A stretch of 64,000 bases of DNA from Blepharisma stoltei ATCC 30299 (lineage: Eukaryota > Protista > Ciliophora), in the NCBI GenBank assembly GCA_965603825.1, contig CBFDEM010000037.1, positions 496,001 through 560,000 on the forward strand. Direction: 5' to 3'. Positions within the stretch are counted from its first letter, which is position 1; each line of letters begins with the position of its first letter. Below are positions 43,730 through 56,746 of this stretch, piece by piece. The translations under genes were made by a program, and so were the position numbers. Below the pieces are notes generated by a model that did no database searches, was not told the DNA's origin, and saw only the letters and a program-made list of their open reading frames with translations.

Positions 43730-44923
43730 ATGGTAAAGCCGACATTTAAAGATTTTGGAATAAATATTATTGATGAAATAACAAACTTTTTATCAACTCA
43801 AGAAATTGTAAGTCTTTTTGGCGTAAACCAGTATACACATAAACTCTGAAACTCAAGAATTTCCACAAAAGTATTTGAAACTCGCCCGAATTTTACGATA
43901 GAAATAGAGCCTCGAGAAAGGTGATTATATCATCAAATGAAAATGATGTGTAAAAATAAAAATTATCCAATCAGCGTAAAAATAACTTCAAGCCATTCCA
44001 TATATGTTTTAGAATATTTATTCAACCCAAAGCCTGATTTAAAGTTATTTATAGATGACCAAATAACTATTTGGAGACCTGAAAGTGAAAATCAAATAGT
44101 TGCAACACTTTCTAATTTTGCAGACATGGAATTTGCTATTCATGCATATGCCTATGAAGCTGAACATCTGGCATTAATGCTAACAAATAATAGAGTCAAG
44201 CATATGCATAAAAATGAGGAAATCAACGAGTTTGAAATTAGTGAATTTGGCTATTTGGCAATATCAAAAATGTTTTATTTGCCAAATGCAAATTTTCTTA
44301 TTTTTCAATGCCTTTCAGGGGATATTATTTATATGTCAAATAATGGAGAAATTATTTCAAATAGAAAATTAGGAGTTATACAAAAATATAAAAATTTACC
44401 TTGAAAAAAAGATTCCTTCGTGGCAATCATTAATAATGAATTTTTATATATTGGGCCTCACTCTGCAAAGTTATTGTGCACTCCCAATGAATCTGCGATT
44501 ACTAATATTCCTGATTTCTGAATTGACAAAGAAACAGAAAAACTTATAATTCATATAGGAGAGAAAAATTGTGGCTGAATGAGAAAAGTCAAGCCTTGCG
44601 TAATTGATTTCATAGAAAAAGGCATAAAAATGTTTAAAACCCAAAACCACTCTTATATTTTAAATAAATATAATATACTCACAGATTTGTGCTGCGACCA
44701 TCATTATCAACTTACACCAGGAGTTGAAAATATTTTTGCTGATGGCATCTACGTCTTAGCTACTTATATTAATTTTTTTCAACTATTTAGAATTGGAGAA
44801 AAAAACGACATAGCCACCAAACTGTTACCACCAAGCCTCAAAGTCCTTAATTTTGCTTATCCTTATATTTTATACTCAAATACGCAAAGCGGTGAAGCTG
44901 AAATAGGTATTTTCAAGTTTTAA
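43730..44923 (+). CDS. F-box-like protein, paralog C (397 aa)
   Basis: Continuous frame with TGA=Trp; ends EIGIFKF, like paralogs A and B. Confidence 0.78.
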
Positions 44924-44946
44924 TTTACGAATTCTTGAGCTAAACT

Positions 44947-45118
44947 TATTTATCTAAATAGACTAATAACATTCTTGGATTACTTATTTTCCCTTCATTT
45001 TGTATACTATCTCGTTCACTTTGAAAATTTTGTAAATATTTTTGCAATTCTTTCAATGTCATTTATCAATGGCGGAGTGCCTTGGATAAGCTTTAAAAAA
45101 TAGATTTTTCGAATAATT
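44947..45118 (-). pseudogene. Decayed duplicate of the GRIP-encoding 3' end of the neighbouring golgin gene
   Basis: Collinear similarity to about 45217-45400 (AGACTAATAA, CAATTCTTTCAA, GGAGTGCCTT, AAAATAGATTTTTC). Confidence 0.8.
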
Positions 45119-45220
45119 ATATGACTTTAACCTTAAAAAAGAGAATTGCTGCATATGCATGATAAAATCTAATAAACAAATAAATAAAGTTTTAATTTTC
45201 ACTTTTTAAAATAAATTTAT

Positions 45221-48200
45221 TTATCGAAACAGACTAATAATATTTTTAGGACGCTTGTTCTTCCTTTCATTTTGGATGTTATCTTCTTCGCTTTGTGAAA
45301 AATTCAAAATTTTGTAAAATATTTTCACAATTCTTTCAACGTCATTTGCCAAGGGTGGAGTGCCTTTGATGAGCTCTGAAAATAGATTTTTCAAATAATT
45401 CAAATCTATCGATTCTAACTGTTTTATTTTAGCGTCATTTTCTCTGATTTGCTCTAACTGCTTTATTTTAGCGTCATTTTCTCTAATTTGCTGCTTTAAG
45501 ATATCAATCTGTTCTTGATTCAGCTTAAGTCTCCTCTTTTTTTCTAAATACTTAATGGTCTTTTTTTCTAGCTCATGCTTAATTTTTTCTAAATCACTTT
45601 TCAAATTACTAGAATTTGACTCAGACTCCACTTCTGATGTCAAATATATTTCAAACTCATTTTCAAAATCTACTGATACAAAAGGTGTATCTTTTATATG
45701 TGAAATTTCCCCAAAGACATCTCCAAAAATACACTCAGTCTGGCTTTCTTTAGCTTCAGTTTTTTTCGGTGGTGAAGACTGCTGTTTCAGCACATAAATC
45801 GATTTTAATATACTCCCTTGATAGTATTCTCCTAAAGCTGTTTTGATTTCATCTATATCTTCTTCTGATTCATTGACTTCATGAGATAAAGAAAGCTGGT
45901 TTTCCTGATACCAAATATAATTTCCATCAGATTCTTTAACGAGAACCCATTTAATGCCATCTACTTTGACGCATTTTGCAATTACAATAGGGACTGAGCA
46001 AGGATTAAGGTCTGGGTCTTCAAAATCTCTACTTTGCTTGCGAGAATGGGCTTTTAAGGATTTATTTTCTTGGACAAGGTTTGTTATTTGTGTTTTGAGG
46101 TCTTTCAGCTGAGAAATATAAGGCTCTTTTGTATCTAAGGTAGGAGATCTTGATGGAGATTTTGAGATATTTTCATTATAAAATTTAATAAGCATTTTTA
46201 AGTTTTCTGCTGTAGAAAGCTCATTAGACAGCTCTGATTTCAAAAGCTCGGAAATCTGTATATAAGAATCAATGCAAGTGCGAATAATTTGTATGTCACT
46301 TTCAGATTCCACTGCTATTAAATTGGATTTAATGATATCTAAAGATAGATATTTGATTTCATCTTCTAAGTCGTCTTTATTTTCATTAGGCTTTGAGGAA
46401 AGAGAGATTTCTATAAGAGATTGAAGACGCTCTATCTCTTTTTCTAAATCATTTTTGGCGTTGTTTGACTCTTCTTTAAAACTAGAAAGAATTTTGGATG
46501 ATTCTTCAATTTTTTGATTTTTATTAGAAATTTCCAATTGTAAGCTGTGGTTTTCTTCTGTCAATTTGTCTATCGTGTCCCTGTTACTAACATTTTTCTT
46601 ATAAATTTCTTCGTAGTTTCGCTTTCACGCCTCTAATTCATTGCTGATTTTTTTATTTATATCCCTTAAATTTTCATTGTCTTCTCTCAAACTTTTAATT
46701 GATTTTTCAAAATTTTCTTTTAAATCGCTCCAGCCTGCGCTTTTTGTTTGGCCTTCATATAATTTTATATGCAGCTGATTTATTTGTTCATTTAGAGCTG
46801 AATTTTTTTCAAATTCTTCCAAAATTTCTTTTTTGCTTAGTTTGATTTCTTCATCCTTTTTCAATATTATATTGCTGAATTCTTTATTTCGTTTATCGCT
46901 TTTATCAATGATTTGAGATATCATTAAATTGTTTTCTTCTTTAAATTCTTTAATCTCCTTTGCAATATCGCTTAAATTACCTTTGAGATTGTTTAATTTC
47001 AATTTATACCCACTCACATGTGAAACCAATAAAGCTTTTTCGTCTGAAAATTTTTTATTATTCAATAAAATTTCTTCGTCTTTTGTTCTTTTTATTTCAT
47101 CAATTTTTTTATCCAAATTATCATTTTCTATTTTGAGATCCTCAATTGTGCCATTCAAGCTTTTTAATTTGTTGTCAAAATGATTGGCTTCTTCTTTAAG
47201 CTGAGCAATTATTTTTTCTTTATCTTCTAATTGGCTCTCTGCCTCTTGTAGCCTAGCTTCAACTTCTACTAATTTGTCTTTTAAAAGATCTTTATTAGAG
47301 CCAATAACTTCTTTTAATTCATTTATTGTTGTCTCTTGATGAGAAATCGTTCTTTCATGATTTTCTATTTTTTCTTCTAATTTCTCAGTATTTTTGCTTA
47401 ATTTTTTATTGTAATTAGAAAGCTGATCTTTTTCTTCAAGAGTTATTTCATGCTTTTCTTTAATTTCTATCAGTTTCATACATAGAGAATCATTACTCTT
47501 TTTTTCCTCTTCAAGATCTTCACTTATTTTAGCTATTTCGGTTGCTTTTTGGTGTGCGAGAGATACTTTTTCATTTTCGAGACATTTTGAAATTTGCTGC
47601 TCATTTGTTAAATCTTTTTGAAGCTTTATAATGGCATCTTCTTTTATTTTTAGCTGGTTTTCTAATGATTGAATATCTTTTCTGAAATTATATATATCTG
47701 ATTTATATTTCTCAATGAGAGACTCTGATTCCAAAATATTTTCTTTGAGCTTGCTCATTGCAATGGAATGATCATTTAAGTCTTCTGAGAGTTTTTTGAT
47801 AATTTCATTTTTTTCATTGGACTCTTTATTTAAATCCTCAGTTAGTTTGCTGATAATTTGATTTTTTTCATTGGATTCTTTATTTAAATCCTCAGTTAGT
47901 TTGCTGATTATTTGATTTTTTTCATTGGATTCTTTATTTAAATCCTCAATGAGTTTGCTGATAACTTGATTTTTTTCGCTTGATTCTTTATGTAAATCTT
48001 CAGTGAGTTTACTGATTATTTGAGTTTTTTCATTGATTTCTTTATTTAAATCTTCAGAGAGTTTGCTGATTTTTTTATTTTTTTCGTTTGATTTATTTAA
48101 AGCTTCAGTAAGTTTGCTGATTATTTGATTTTTTTCATTGGATTCTTTATTAAAATCTTCAGTTAGCTTTGAAATTAATTGATTTTTTTCATTTGATTCC

Positions 48201-51200
48201 TTTATTAAATCTTCATTGAGTTTGCTGATAATTTGATTTTTTTCATTCAATTCTTTGCTTAGATCTTCAGTGAGTTTGCTGATTATTTGATTTTTTTCAC
48301 TAGATTCTTTATTCAAATCATCTGTCAGCTGGCTGATTATTTGATTTTTTTCATTCAATTCCTTATTTAAATCATCAATGAGATCGCTAATTATTTGATT
48401 TTTTTCATTGAACTTCTTATTGAAATCGTCAGCGAGTTTGCTAATTATTTGATCTTTTTCATTGATTTTTTCATTGAAATCTTCAGTGAGTCTGTTAATC
48501 ATTTGATCTTTTTCATTAATCTTTTCATTGAAATCTTCAGTCAATTCGCTGATTATTTTATTTTTTTCATTGTAATCCTCAGTGAGCTTGTCGAAAACTT
48601 GCTTTTTTTCATTGAGTTCATCATGCACATCTTTAATTTCGCCTTCTAGCTTAAGTATATTTTGAGATAACTCGGTATTTTCTACCTCACACATACGAAG
48701 ATTTTCAAATAAACGATCATTTTGCTCTTGATATTTGGTTTCTTTTGTTTCAAGCTCAATAATTTGATTTCTTAAAAATTCTAAGTCCTTATTCTTTTCA
48801 CTGCTTTTAGATTCTGCTAGTGAAATCTGGTTTAATAAGTCTGATTTTTCTGCTTTTAAGGCTTGCAATTCTTTTGATAGCATATCATTGTTACTTTTAA
48901 TTTCCTCAAAAATAGAGAGTTTTTGGTATAAATCATTAATTGTGTTTTTGTTAAACTCCATATTTTCAGTTAGCTCTTTATTTTGAATTTCAATTATTTC
49001 TTTATTCTTTGCTAATTTTTCTTTTTCTGCTTCAATAATTTCTAAATATTTTACCATCTCAAACTTTTCTGATTCAATTTCTTGTAAATTAGTTATCTTC
49101 ATTTTGAGCTCGTTTGTCACAATTTGCTGACTTTTATTTTCATTTTCCAAAACTTCTTTTTTAATTTTCAATATTTCAATGGATTTTAATAGCTCACTAT
49201 TTTCACTTTCTAAAACTTTTGAGCTATTTTTTAAAGACTCAATGGTTTCTTCTAATATATTTTTATCATTTTCTTCTGTTTCTAATTTTTTCTCTAATTC
49301 ATTTTTCTGGCTTTCAATTTCTTCACATTTCCTTCTGAATTCATCATCATGCTTTTCCAATATATTTTTTTCTGATTTAAGTTCCTCAACTTGTATAGAT
49401 AGTTTATTGTTTTCTGCGACAATTTTTTCATAGTCTAAAAGAGTTTGCTTTAGCTCATTAATTTCTTTTTGTAGAATCGATTTTTGCTTATCTAGTTGTG
49501 CTGCAGCTTCTAAAGCGTCTTTTAATTGGTCTTGCTGCTGAGAATAGCTTAGATGGTATGTATTTAACTCATCTTGCAAGTTTTCTAAATAGTCTTGATT
49601 TAATTTTAGTTCATCGTTAAGCTCTTTAGATTTTTGCTCATACTTTTTATTTGTGCCTTCCAATTTAACTTCTAAGTCTTTTATCAATAGTAATTTCGCC
49701 TCAATTTCATAAGTTAAATCTGTGTTTAAATTTTTCAAGCATTTCAATTCTTTTTCTAAGAAATCTTTTTCTTTAGATACAATAAGAAGCTTAGATTCCA
49801 CTTCTTTGACATTATTGATGCAAGCTTCGTGCTGATTTGATTTTTCATAAAATTGTGAAATTTCATTTTGTAGGATATTAATTTTTTCATTATTTGAGTT
49901 TATAGCCGATTCTTTTTCTAATATTTTAGCATTTAGCAGCTCAATAGTTTTATTGGAATTTTTGAGATTTATTTCATTATCATTATATGATTTCTTTAAT
50001 GATTCAAGCTCGTTTTCTTGCTTACTATGGGCTTCCTTTAAAGAATTTAACTCATCTTTTAATGATAAATTATCATTTTGAGTTCTAAGAGCGTCTGTGT
50101 TCAAAAGAATCACTTCTTTTGCTTGGTTCGCATATTTTAGTTCTAAATCTTTGTGCTCTTTTGTTAAATCATCAAATTTTAATTTCAATTTTTGAAGTTT
50201 TTCGTCTTTTGATTTGAGGTCTTGAATTAATCAATTTTTTTCTTCCAAAACGTTTTCTAGGTGCACTTTGCTAGCTTTTTCTTTATTTTCTAAAAAGTTT
50301 TTTGAGTTGGCTGCCTCTAAAAGCTCGTCTTTTAGTTCTTCATTGATAAAGTGCAAATTTTCAATCTCTGTAGATAGTGATGATATTTTGAAATTTTGGT
50401 CTTCAAATTTAGCTTTGTAATCGTCAAGACTTTGATTTAATCTTATAAGCTCATTCCGATATGTTTTGGCTTCATTTTCTGTGTCATATTTTAATTGAGC
50501 AATTTTTTCGAATAAATCTTTTTCTTTTTTGCAAGAGATATCTAATTCTTTTTTAAGCTTGGCATTTTCAGCATCATCTCCTTTATGTTTTTCTGCGTCT
50601 TTCCTCAGATTTAATATTGTTTGCTCATTAATTTGAATAGACTTTTGAATATTTTTTAGCATATCATTTGATTTCTCAATATCTTTTATCATCTCATTTT
50701 TTTCGTTCTCCAACTCATTCTTTTTATCCTTTAAATCATAAATTTCCATAAGTAATTTTTCTACTCTTGCTCCTGCAATAGATATCTCTTCTTTATGTTT
50801 TTTATTTAGTCCAATTACTTCGTCATTTTTATCATGCAATTCATTTTCAAGGTCTTTTATTTGTGATCCAATCCCTTGATAATTTTCATCTAATTCCTTA
50901 TATTTCTTTTGTAAATCTTGATACTTTTTATTCAAATCATTTTTCTCGGTCGTCAATTGAAGAATTTCAGAACTTTTAGCTTTGATTTTGCTATCAAGAA
51001 GTTCTTCCATAGAAATATGTTTTTCGAGTTCAGACTGAAGTATTTTTAATTTTCTTTCTAAGCTGTCAATTGTTTCTTTTCTTTTATTATTAAGACTAGT
51101 ATAAGAAATCATTGTATCAAAAATGCTCTGAAGCTTCCCATGCATATTTTTAAATGAGTTCTCAAATAAATCTATTTTATCTTCGACATTGCTATTTATC

Positions 51201-52627
51201 GCCCTCATTTGTTTTTGTATGTCATTTTCAAATTTTATTATCAAATCTTGGATTTTTTCTTTAGAAATTTTATTGCTGGCTTGCAAAGTCCTTTTCAAAT
51301 CATCAATGGTATCTCCGTAACGCTCTGTTATTTTAGGAGATCTTCTGTCTGCAGGCTTATTAGACCTTAAATGAGTTTTTCTTTCCGGCTTTTTAATAAA
51401 GGAATTAGTAGTTTTTCCAAAAGGCTTTGATTGTACAAATTCAATTGTTTCATATTGTGAGCATGAAGATCCTTTATTTGTTTCAGATGCTTTTGGAGAT
51501 TCTAGTGGACTTAGCATAGGACTTTCTTGTCTAGATCTACTTATACTTCGATTATCTTGAGTTTTATATTGAAGATTTCCCCAATCGCCACTTGTTAGTG
51601 TCATCTCGTGTCTAAAACTATCTTCAACTAAATTTTGTGCGACTTTAGAAAATCCTAACAGTTTTTTTTGTAAAGAATCTAATTTACTTTGAAATAAGGC
51701 TTTTTCATTTTCATAATCTTGAATCAAAGACTTTGATGTAGTTTCTTTTCATGTTTTAAGCAGGTCTCTTTCTTCTTTAATTCTTTGTAACTCTTCTTTT
51801 ATTTTTTTTAACTCAAATTTCAAATCTTCTGCACTACTTTTCCTATTTGGAGACATCATAGTTCTAAATCTATTGACTGGCTCATTACTCAAGTTTTTCG
51901 ATTTAGGCAATGTTTTTGAAAGTGCGTCGCCAATTTCAAAATCATTTTTAAGTTTTTTGTTCTCATCCACCAAAGACTCAATTTTGTTGTGAAATTGTTG
52001 GATTTTATATTCAAGTTTAATATTTTCAAGCTTTTTCTTATTCAAAAGGTCTTTTAGCTCTTCAATTTTTTCATCAGCTTCTTTTTTACTTTCTATTATT
52101 GACTTCAATATTTCTTGATATCTCTGGACTTCTCTGGCATTATGGGTTTCTCCTCCACTGTCAACGTCCATATCAGCTTTTTCAAACATTTGGCTTCAAA
52201 TATAATCTTTTAATTCCGAAAATAATTCTAAGGCTTCTTCTTTATAATTTGTCCTCCGAGAAAGCAATGGGATTATTCTTTCTCGAACAAACTCTATTTT
52301 TGTAACTATATTTTTAAAAATCTTTTGGATTCCTGCTTGCCCTATTTGATTGTAATAAGTTGAATCATACTTCGTACGGTCAGGGGATAAATGATTAAAT
52401 GTTGAAAGAAATTCATCTGAAAAGAAGCTATTCGGGGAGGTGTTTTGTGGCTTCTCGTCCATAAGTTGCGAGCACTGGCCGACAAATTGATTGTATTTTT
52501 TTTCTAATCCTGCTATTTTTTCGTGTAAACAAGTTACTACATTTGAAGGAGGTAAAATTTTGCCTGGATTTAGAGATGAAGAATTAGCGGCACTAGGTGC
52601 TGGCATATCTAAACTTCTGTGCCTCAT
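45221..52627 (-). CDS. Giant coiled-coil GRIP-domain golgin-like protein (2468 aa)
   Basis: Five ORFs joined in frame through TGA 52196, 51749, 50231 and 46625; C-terminal IDLNYLKNLF..KILNFSQSE GRIP motif. Confidence 0.85.
45414..45491 (-). repeat. 39-nt tandem duplication (QIRENDAKIKQLE x2)
   Basis: Two copies differing at 2 positions. Confidence 0.9.
47776..48600 (-). repeat. 54-nt (18-aa) coding tandem repeat, about 15 copies, KNQIISKLTEDLNKESNE
   Basis: Visible in both DNA and protein. Confidence 0.92.
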
Positions 52628-53100
52628 TTAAAAATTATGGAGCTATTATTTTACTTTCAAGTAAAAAGTTGGAGATAAATGGCTGACTAAACTTTTAAAC
52701 TTAAGTCAAAATATTATTTATTTATTATCTACGTCCCTGCTTCAACAGAATTAAGAATTTCTTAATGCAAAGCAATTAAAAAATAAAAAGGAAAATATTA
52801 TCCAAAATTATTTAAATTAATTTTTACTTTATTGTCGAGAAATTCCTTAAATAGTCAGAATTGCATTAAGCATAAAGAAATTAGCGACATTTTCTTAAAA
52901 AACTTTATAAATAGCAATCCATTCATATATAGCAAAAGCAACTCGTTCAGCCTGATTTTTGATATCTATTTAACTCTTTTAATTAAAAAATATTTTAAAT
53001 AAAAATACACTTTTCTTTTCCATATATTATAAGTGAATTTTTGGAAATTTCTTCCTAATGTTTTAAGGGCTTTATTTAGTAACTAGCCTTATAAAAATAA

Positions 53101-53376
53101 ATGGCTTCTATTGACGAAATTCTAGCTGACGAACAAAAACTCGCAGAGGTGACTAAAGCAGTCTTTGACCAAGTTGATGCTGATCAATCTGGCCAAATCG
53201 ATAGAAGAGAGCTCAAACTCGCCATGGCTCAAGTTGCCCGTGAAGCTAACATTGAAGCACCAAGTGACCAATCAGTTGACCAAGCCCTGAAAGTTTTAGA
53301 TGCTGATGGAAGTGGAACTATTGATGTCAATGAATTCAAAGTACTCATTAGACAACTTTTAGAAGCTTTAAGATAA
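53101..53376 (+). CDS. Small two-EF-hand Ca-binding protein
   Basis: DADQSGQIDRRE and DADGSGTIDVNE loops. Confidence 0.92.
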   Translation: MASIDEILADEQKLAEVTKAVFDQVDADQSGQIDRRELKLAMAQVAREANIEAPSDQSVDQALKVLDADGSGTIDVNEFKVLIRQLLEALR

Positions 53377-53710
53377 AAATTTCTTTTCACTCTTAAATTA
53401 AATGTCTCGGTTATTTAAGAAACGGCTTGGCAAATTAAATAAATATCCCACCATCAGGATTCTACAAGTTTATATATGATGAAAGCAATTTTCTGATTTA
53501 TGATGAATATTTTCAACTCAAGAACTTAGAAAATTTTTAAGTCGTTATTATGGAGCTTATAAGCTTCAAAACATTTAAAAATAATAGCTGCTTTTATATC
53601 AAAAAATGCCATCAGAAGCAATTTTCAAAAAATAAAATGTTTAAATACGGAGAAAATTTCGAACAGAAAATATCCATCTAATAGTAATATCTGACATTAT
53701 ATAATAAAGC

Positions 53711-54142
53711 ATGGAAGAATTATTTGGACCTACACTTATGAGCAAGCATGGGCCAGTCCCAACAGCCTCTCTCAGCAACGCCAGATACGTATTGATTTAT
53801 TTCTCAGCCCACTGGTGTCCTCCTTGCAGAGCGTTTACCCCTAAACTTGCACTATTTTATGAATCTGTGAACTCAGCCCATAAACAAGTTGAAGTTATTT
53901 TTTCAAGCGCTGATAGGTCTCCTGACCAATTCCAAGAATACTTTGAAACTATGCCTTGGCTTGCAATTCCATTTCCAGATCAAGCTCATAGGAATGGGGT
54001 AGCTCAAAGGTACGGGGTTTCAGGAATTCCTATGTTGGTTTTGATTGATAGACAAGGGAATGCAAAGAGAACTCAATGCAGAGAAGATGTCATGCAAAAA
54101 GGACCATTGTGCTTAGCTGATTGGGATAGTGCTTTACGTTAA
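53711..54142 (+). CDS. Nucleoredoxin/tryparedoxin-like thioredoxin
   Basis: YFSAHWCPPCRAFTP, MPWLAIPF, GIPML. Confidence 0.93.
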   Translation: MEELFGPTLMSKHGPVPTASLSNARYVLIYFSAHWCPPCRAFTPKLALFYESVNSAHKQVEVIFSSADRSPDQFQEYFETMPWLAIPFPDQAHRNGVAQRYGVSGIPMLVLIDRQGNAKRTQCREDVMQKGPLCLADWDSALR

Positions 54143-54610
54143 TAAATTAGATTCTGATAAGTATAAGTAATTCATATAGGTATAATTTTTGGAAATTTTA
54201 TATGACTGGATATCTTTTGTGCCTTTTAAGGACAAATTTAGATAGAAATTGAAGAAAACTTAGAAAGTAAAAGCAAAAAATTGATTTTAATTAAAAATCA
54301 CTTATAATAACTCAAAGGAAATTACTTTATAAAATTCTTATATAACTCCCCATATGGCATGTAATATTCCCAATTGTTGCATTATTCTCTATAAATTTCT
54401 TATAAGATGCTTATCTAATTCAATTTATCCTAAACTCTTAATCTTATTTACTAAATAATTCTTTATTTATTTCTTAATTTCTTTATCTTTTTCGTTTTAA
54501 GAATGTTGGAGAGTGTGTAGCAGGTAAATTAACTCACATTTCCCTGTTGTTGCCTCTCCGTTTTTACATTTATAAATTCCCTTTTTCATCGATTTTAATT
54601 CATATTTACT

Positions 54611-56692
54611 ATGAATAAGAGAAGTCTTGAAGGCCAGCGCGTCAAAAAGAACAAAGGCATGCTTGAAAAAGAAGAAATTGCCCAATACGATGATGCTGGG
54701 AATTTAATATCAGTTACCTACAAATATAAAAATCCAGTCCTTTCTATTTTTGAAGACGATCTTTATGCTGAGCTGTATAACGCCCGCTGCCATGACACAG
54801 GAGAACCATTAGATGCTGATGGGGCACGTAATTTCCGTGAAGACGTTTTAAAGCGAAATGACCAAAATACTGAAGTGATAAATTTGAATGGTATGCGCCT
54901 GGGAATTAACTCCATCATTTCTCTCGCTAACTCTTTAATCTGCCGAAAATTAACCAAGCTTAATTTAGCTGATAATGCTATATCAGACTATGGAATGCAC
55001 GCTGTAAAAAATATTTTGGAGTCAACTGATATTGAGCAGCTGAATTTAGCTTCAAATATGATATCTGGGGATGGGCTGGAAAATTTAGTCGATGTCATTA
55101 GTAATCATCCGACTCTAAAAGTCCTTAACTTAGGTCTACAAGAAGGAAGCATGAGGAAAAACTCCTTGGGTTTGCAAGGAGCAACTTGTTTAGCAGCAAT
55201 TTTATTAAAAAATTCTTCTATTGATACACTTATATTGGAAGATAATGATATTGGCGCCAATGGAGGAGAATGTTTTGGAATTGCGTTGACTCAGAATATG
55301 TCACTAAAAAACTTGAAAATCTCAGAAAATGAATTAAGGACTGAAGGTGCGATGTTTATTATTAAAAATGCGAATAAACTTGAAAGCTTAGATTTAAGCA
55401 AAAATTACATAACTGCTCAAGCGGGGCCGACTATTGAAAAACTAATCCTTTCCTCCAAAAAGCTCAAAAAATTAGTTTTAGAATATAATGAATTACTTCC
55501 CTCAGGCGCAGAGTTCGTTGCAAATGGTTTACGAAAAAATACAACTCTTGCATCTCTAAATTTAAAAGGCAACATCCTCGGAGATGATGGAATTTTCCAT
55601 CTCGTAGAAACTCTCAGAACCAATCGTACAATAAGAGAACTAAACATCGCCCTCAATGAAATCGGTCCCTTAGGTGCTTCAGCTGTCGCTCAAATGTTAC
55701 CACAAACCAAAATCCGTTCCTTAAATATGAGCAAAAATTATTTGGGCGATGAAGCTGCTATTGCATTTTCCAATATTTTAAGCTCCCCTGATTATCCTTG
55801 CAAAATTGAAAATCTAAACTTAGGGTCCTGCAGAATTGGTGACCGAGGTGTCGAGACTTTTTTTACTTCAATTGTCAACAACAAATATTTAACTCAACTA
55901 AATTTTTCTGACAATTTTATATCAGAAAAACTAGAAGGACTCCTCCTTGAATGCCTCGACGCTAATTATTTCCTCTGCAAAGTCCTTTTAGCTGGCAACA
56001 GACTCAGCCACGCCTGTATTTCTCGAATAAAAAAAATTTGTGAAAGAAACAAAAGGGAACGTGAAAACGCTGAGCCAAATCGTCTTAAAAATGAACAATA
56101 TAGGCTTGAATATGAACGAAGAAAACTCGCAGAAGCCGAAGATCTGCTACACAAGCAAATTAGTGAGGTAGACAAAGTAAAAGAGCTTAGAGAAGACGTG
56201 ATGACACAAATAGAAGTTTTAAGAGAAAATGAAAAAGCTAAAAGAGAACTAGAACGACAAAAAATCCAAGAAGAACAGACTATGATCGCTGACAAAGAAA
56301 ACAGAATTGCAAAGGCAAAAATGGAATTAGAGGCGATGAAAAATAAATATAGGAAAACTATTGAAGAAATGAAGCAAGAATATGAAGAAAAATTGGCGAA
56401 AAAAGAACAGATTCAACAGGAAATTAAACAGCTAGAAGAAGAAAATAGGGATTTAGAAACGGATATGCCAGAAATTATTAGAGAGTTGCAGGAGAAGATA
56501 CAAGCGACGAGGAAAGAAACTAATGCAATTGAAGAAGAAACAAGACTGGTGAGGGAGGAAATGAATAAGGTAGAACAAGAATTGAATGTCTTGAGAGCTT
56601 CGAGGCCCCCAGAAACTAATGTGCAGCCTGAGCCGGCAAGTGCAGCGAAAGAGCCAGCAAAAGCAAAAAAGAAAGGAAAAAGTAAAAAATAA
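54611..56692 (+). CDS. RNI-like leucine-rich-repeat protein with C-terminal coiled coil
   Basis: 28-aa LxxLxLxxNxIxxxG repeats; E/K-rich tail. Confidence 0.9.
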   Translation: MNKRSLEGQRVKKNKGMLEKEEIAQYDDAGNLISVTYKYKNPVLSIFEDDLYAELYNARCHDTGEPLDADGARNFREDVLKRNDQNTEVINLNGMRLGINSIISLANSLICRKLTKLNLADNAISDYGMHAVKNILESTDIEQLNLASNMISGDGLENLVDVISNHPTLKVLNLGLQEGSMRKNSLGLQGATCLAAILLKNSSIDTLILEDNDIGANGGECFGIALTQNMSLKNLKISENELRTEGAMFIIKNANKLESLDLSKNYITAQAGPTIEKLILSSKKLKKLVLEYNELLPSGAEFVANGLRKNTTLASLNLKGNILGDDGIFHLVETLRTNRTIRELNIALNEIGPLGASAVAQMLPQTKIRSLNMSKNYLGDEAAIAFSNILSSPDYPCKIENLNLGSCRIGDRGVETFFTSIVNNKYLTQLNFSDNFISEKLEGLLLECLDANYFLCKVLLAGNRLSHACISRIKKICERNKRERENAEPNRLKNEQYRLEYERRKLAEAEDLLHKQISEVDKVKELREDVMTQIEVLRENEKAKRELERQKIQEEQTMIADKENRIAKAKMELEAMKNKYRKTIEEMKQEYEEKLAKKEQIQQEIKQLEEENRDLETDMPEIIRELQEKIQATRKETNAIEEETRLVREEMNKVEQELNVLRASRPPETNVQPEPASAAKEPAKAKKKGKSKK

Positions 56693-56746
56693 CTTAAGAT
56701 TTTTAATGGAGAATTAATATTTAATAGAGGTAAATATGTAGTCGAT

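Noticed and set aside
47776-48600. Regular repeat resembling a CRISPR array
   Set aside because: No unique spacers; in-frame coding repeat in a eukaryotic gene.
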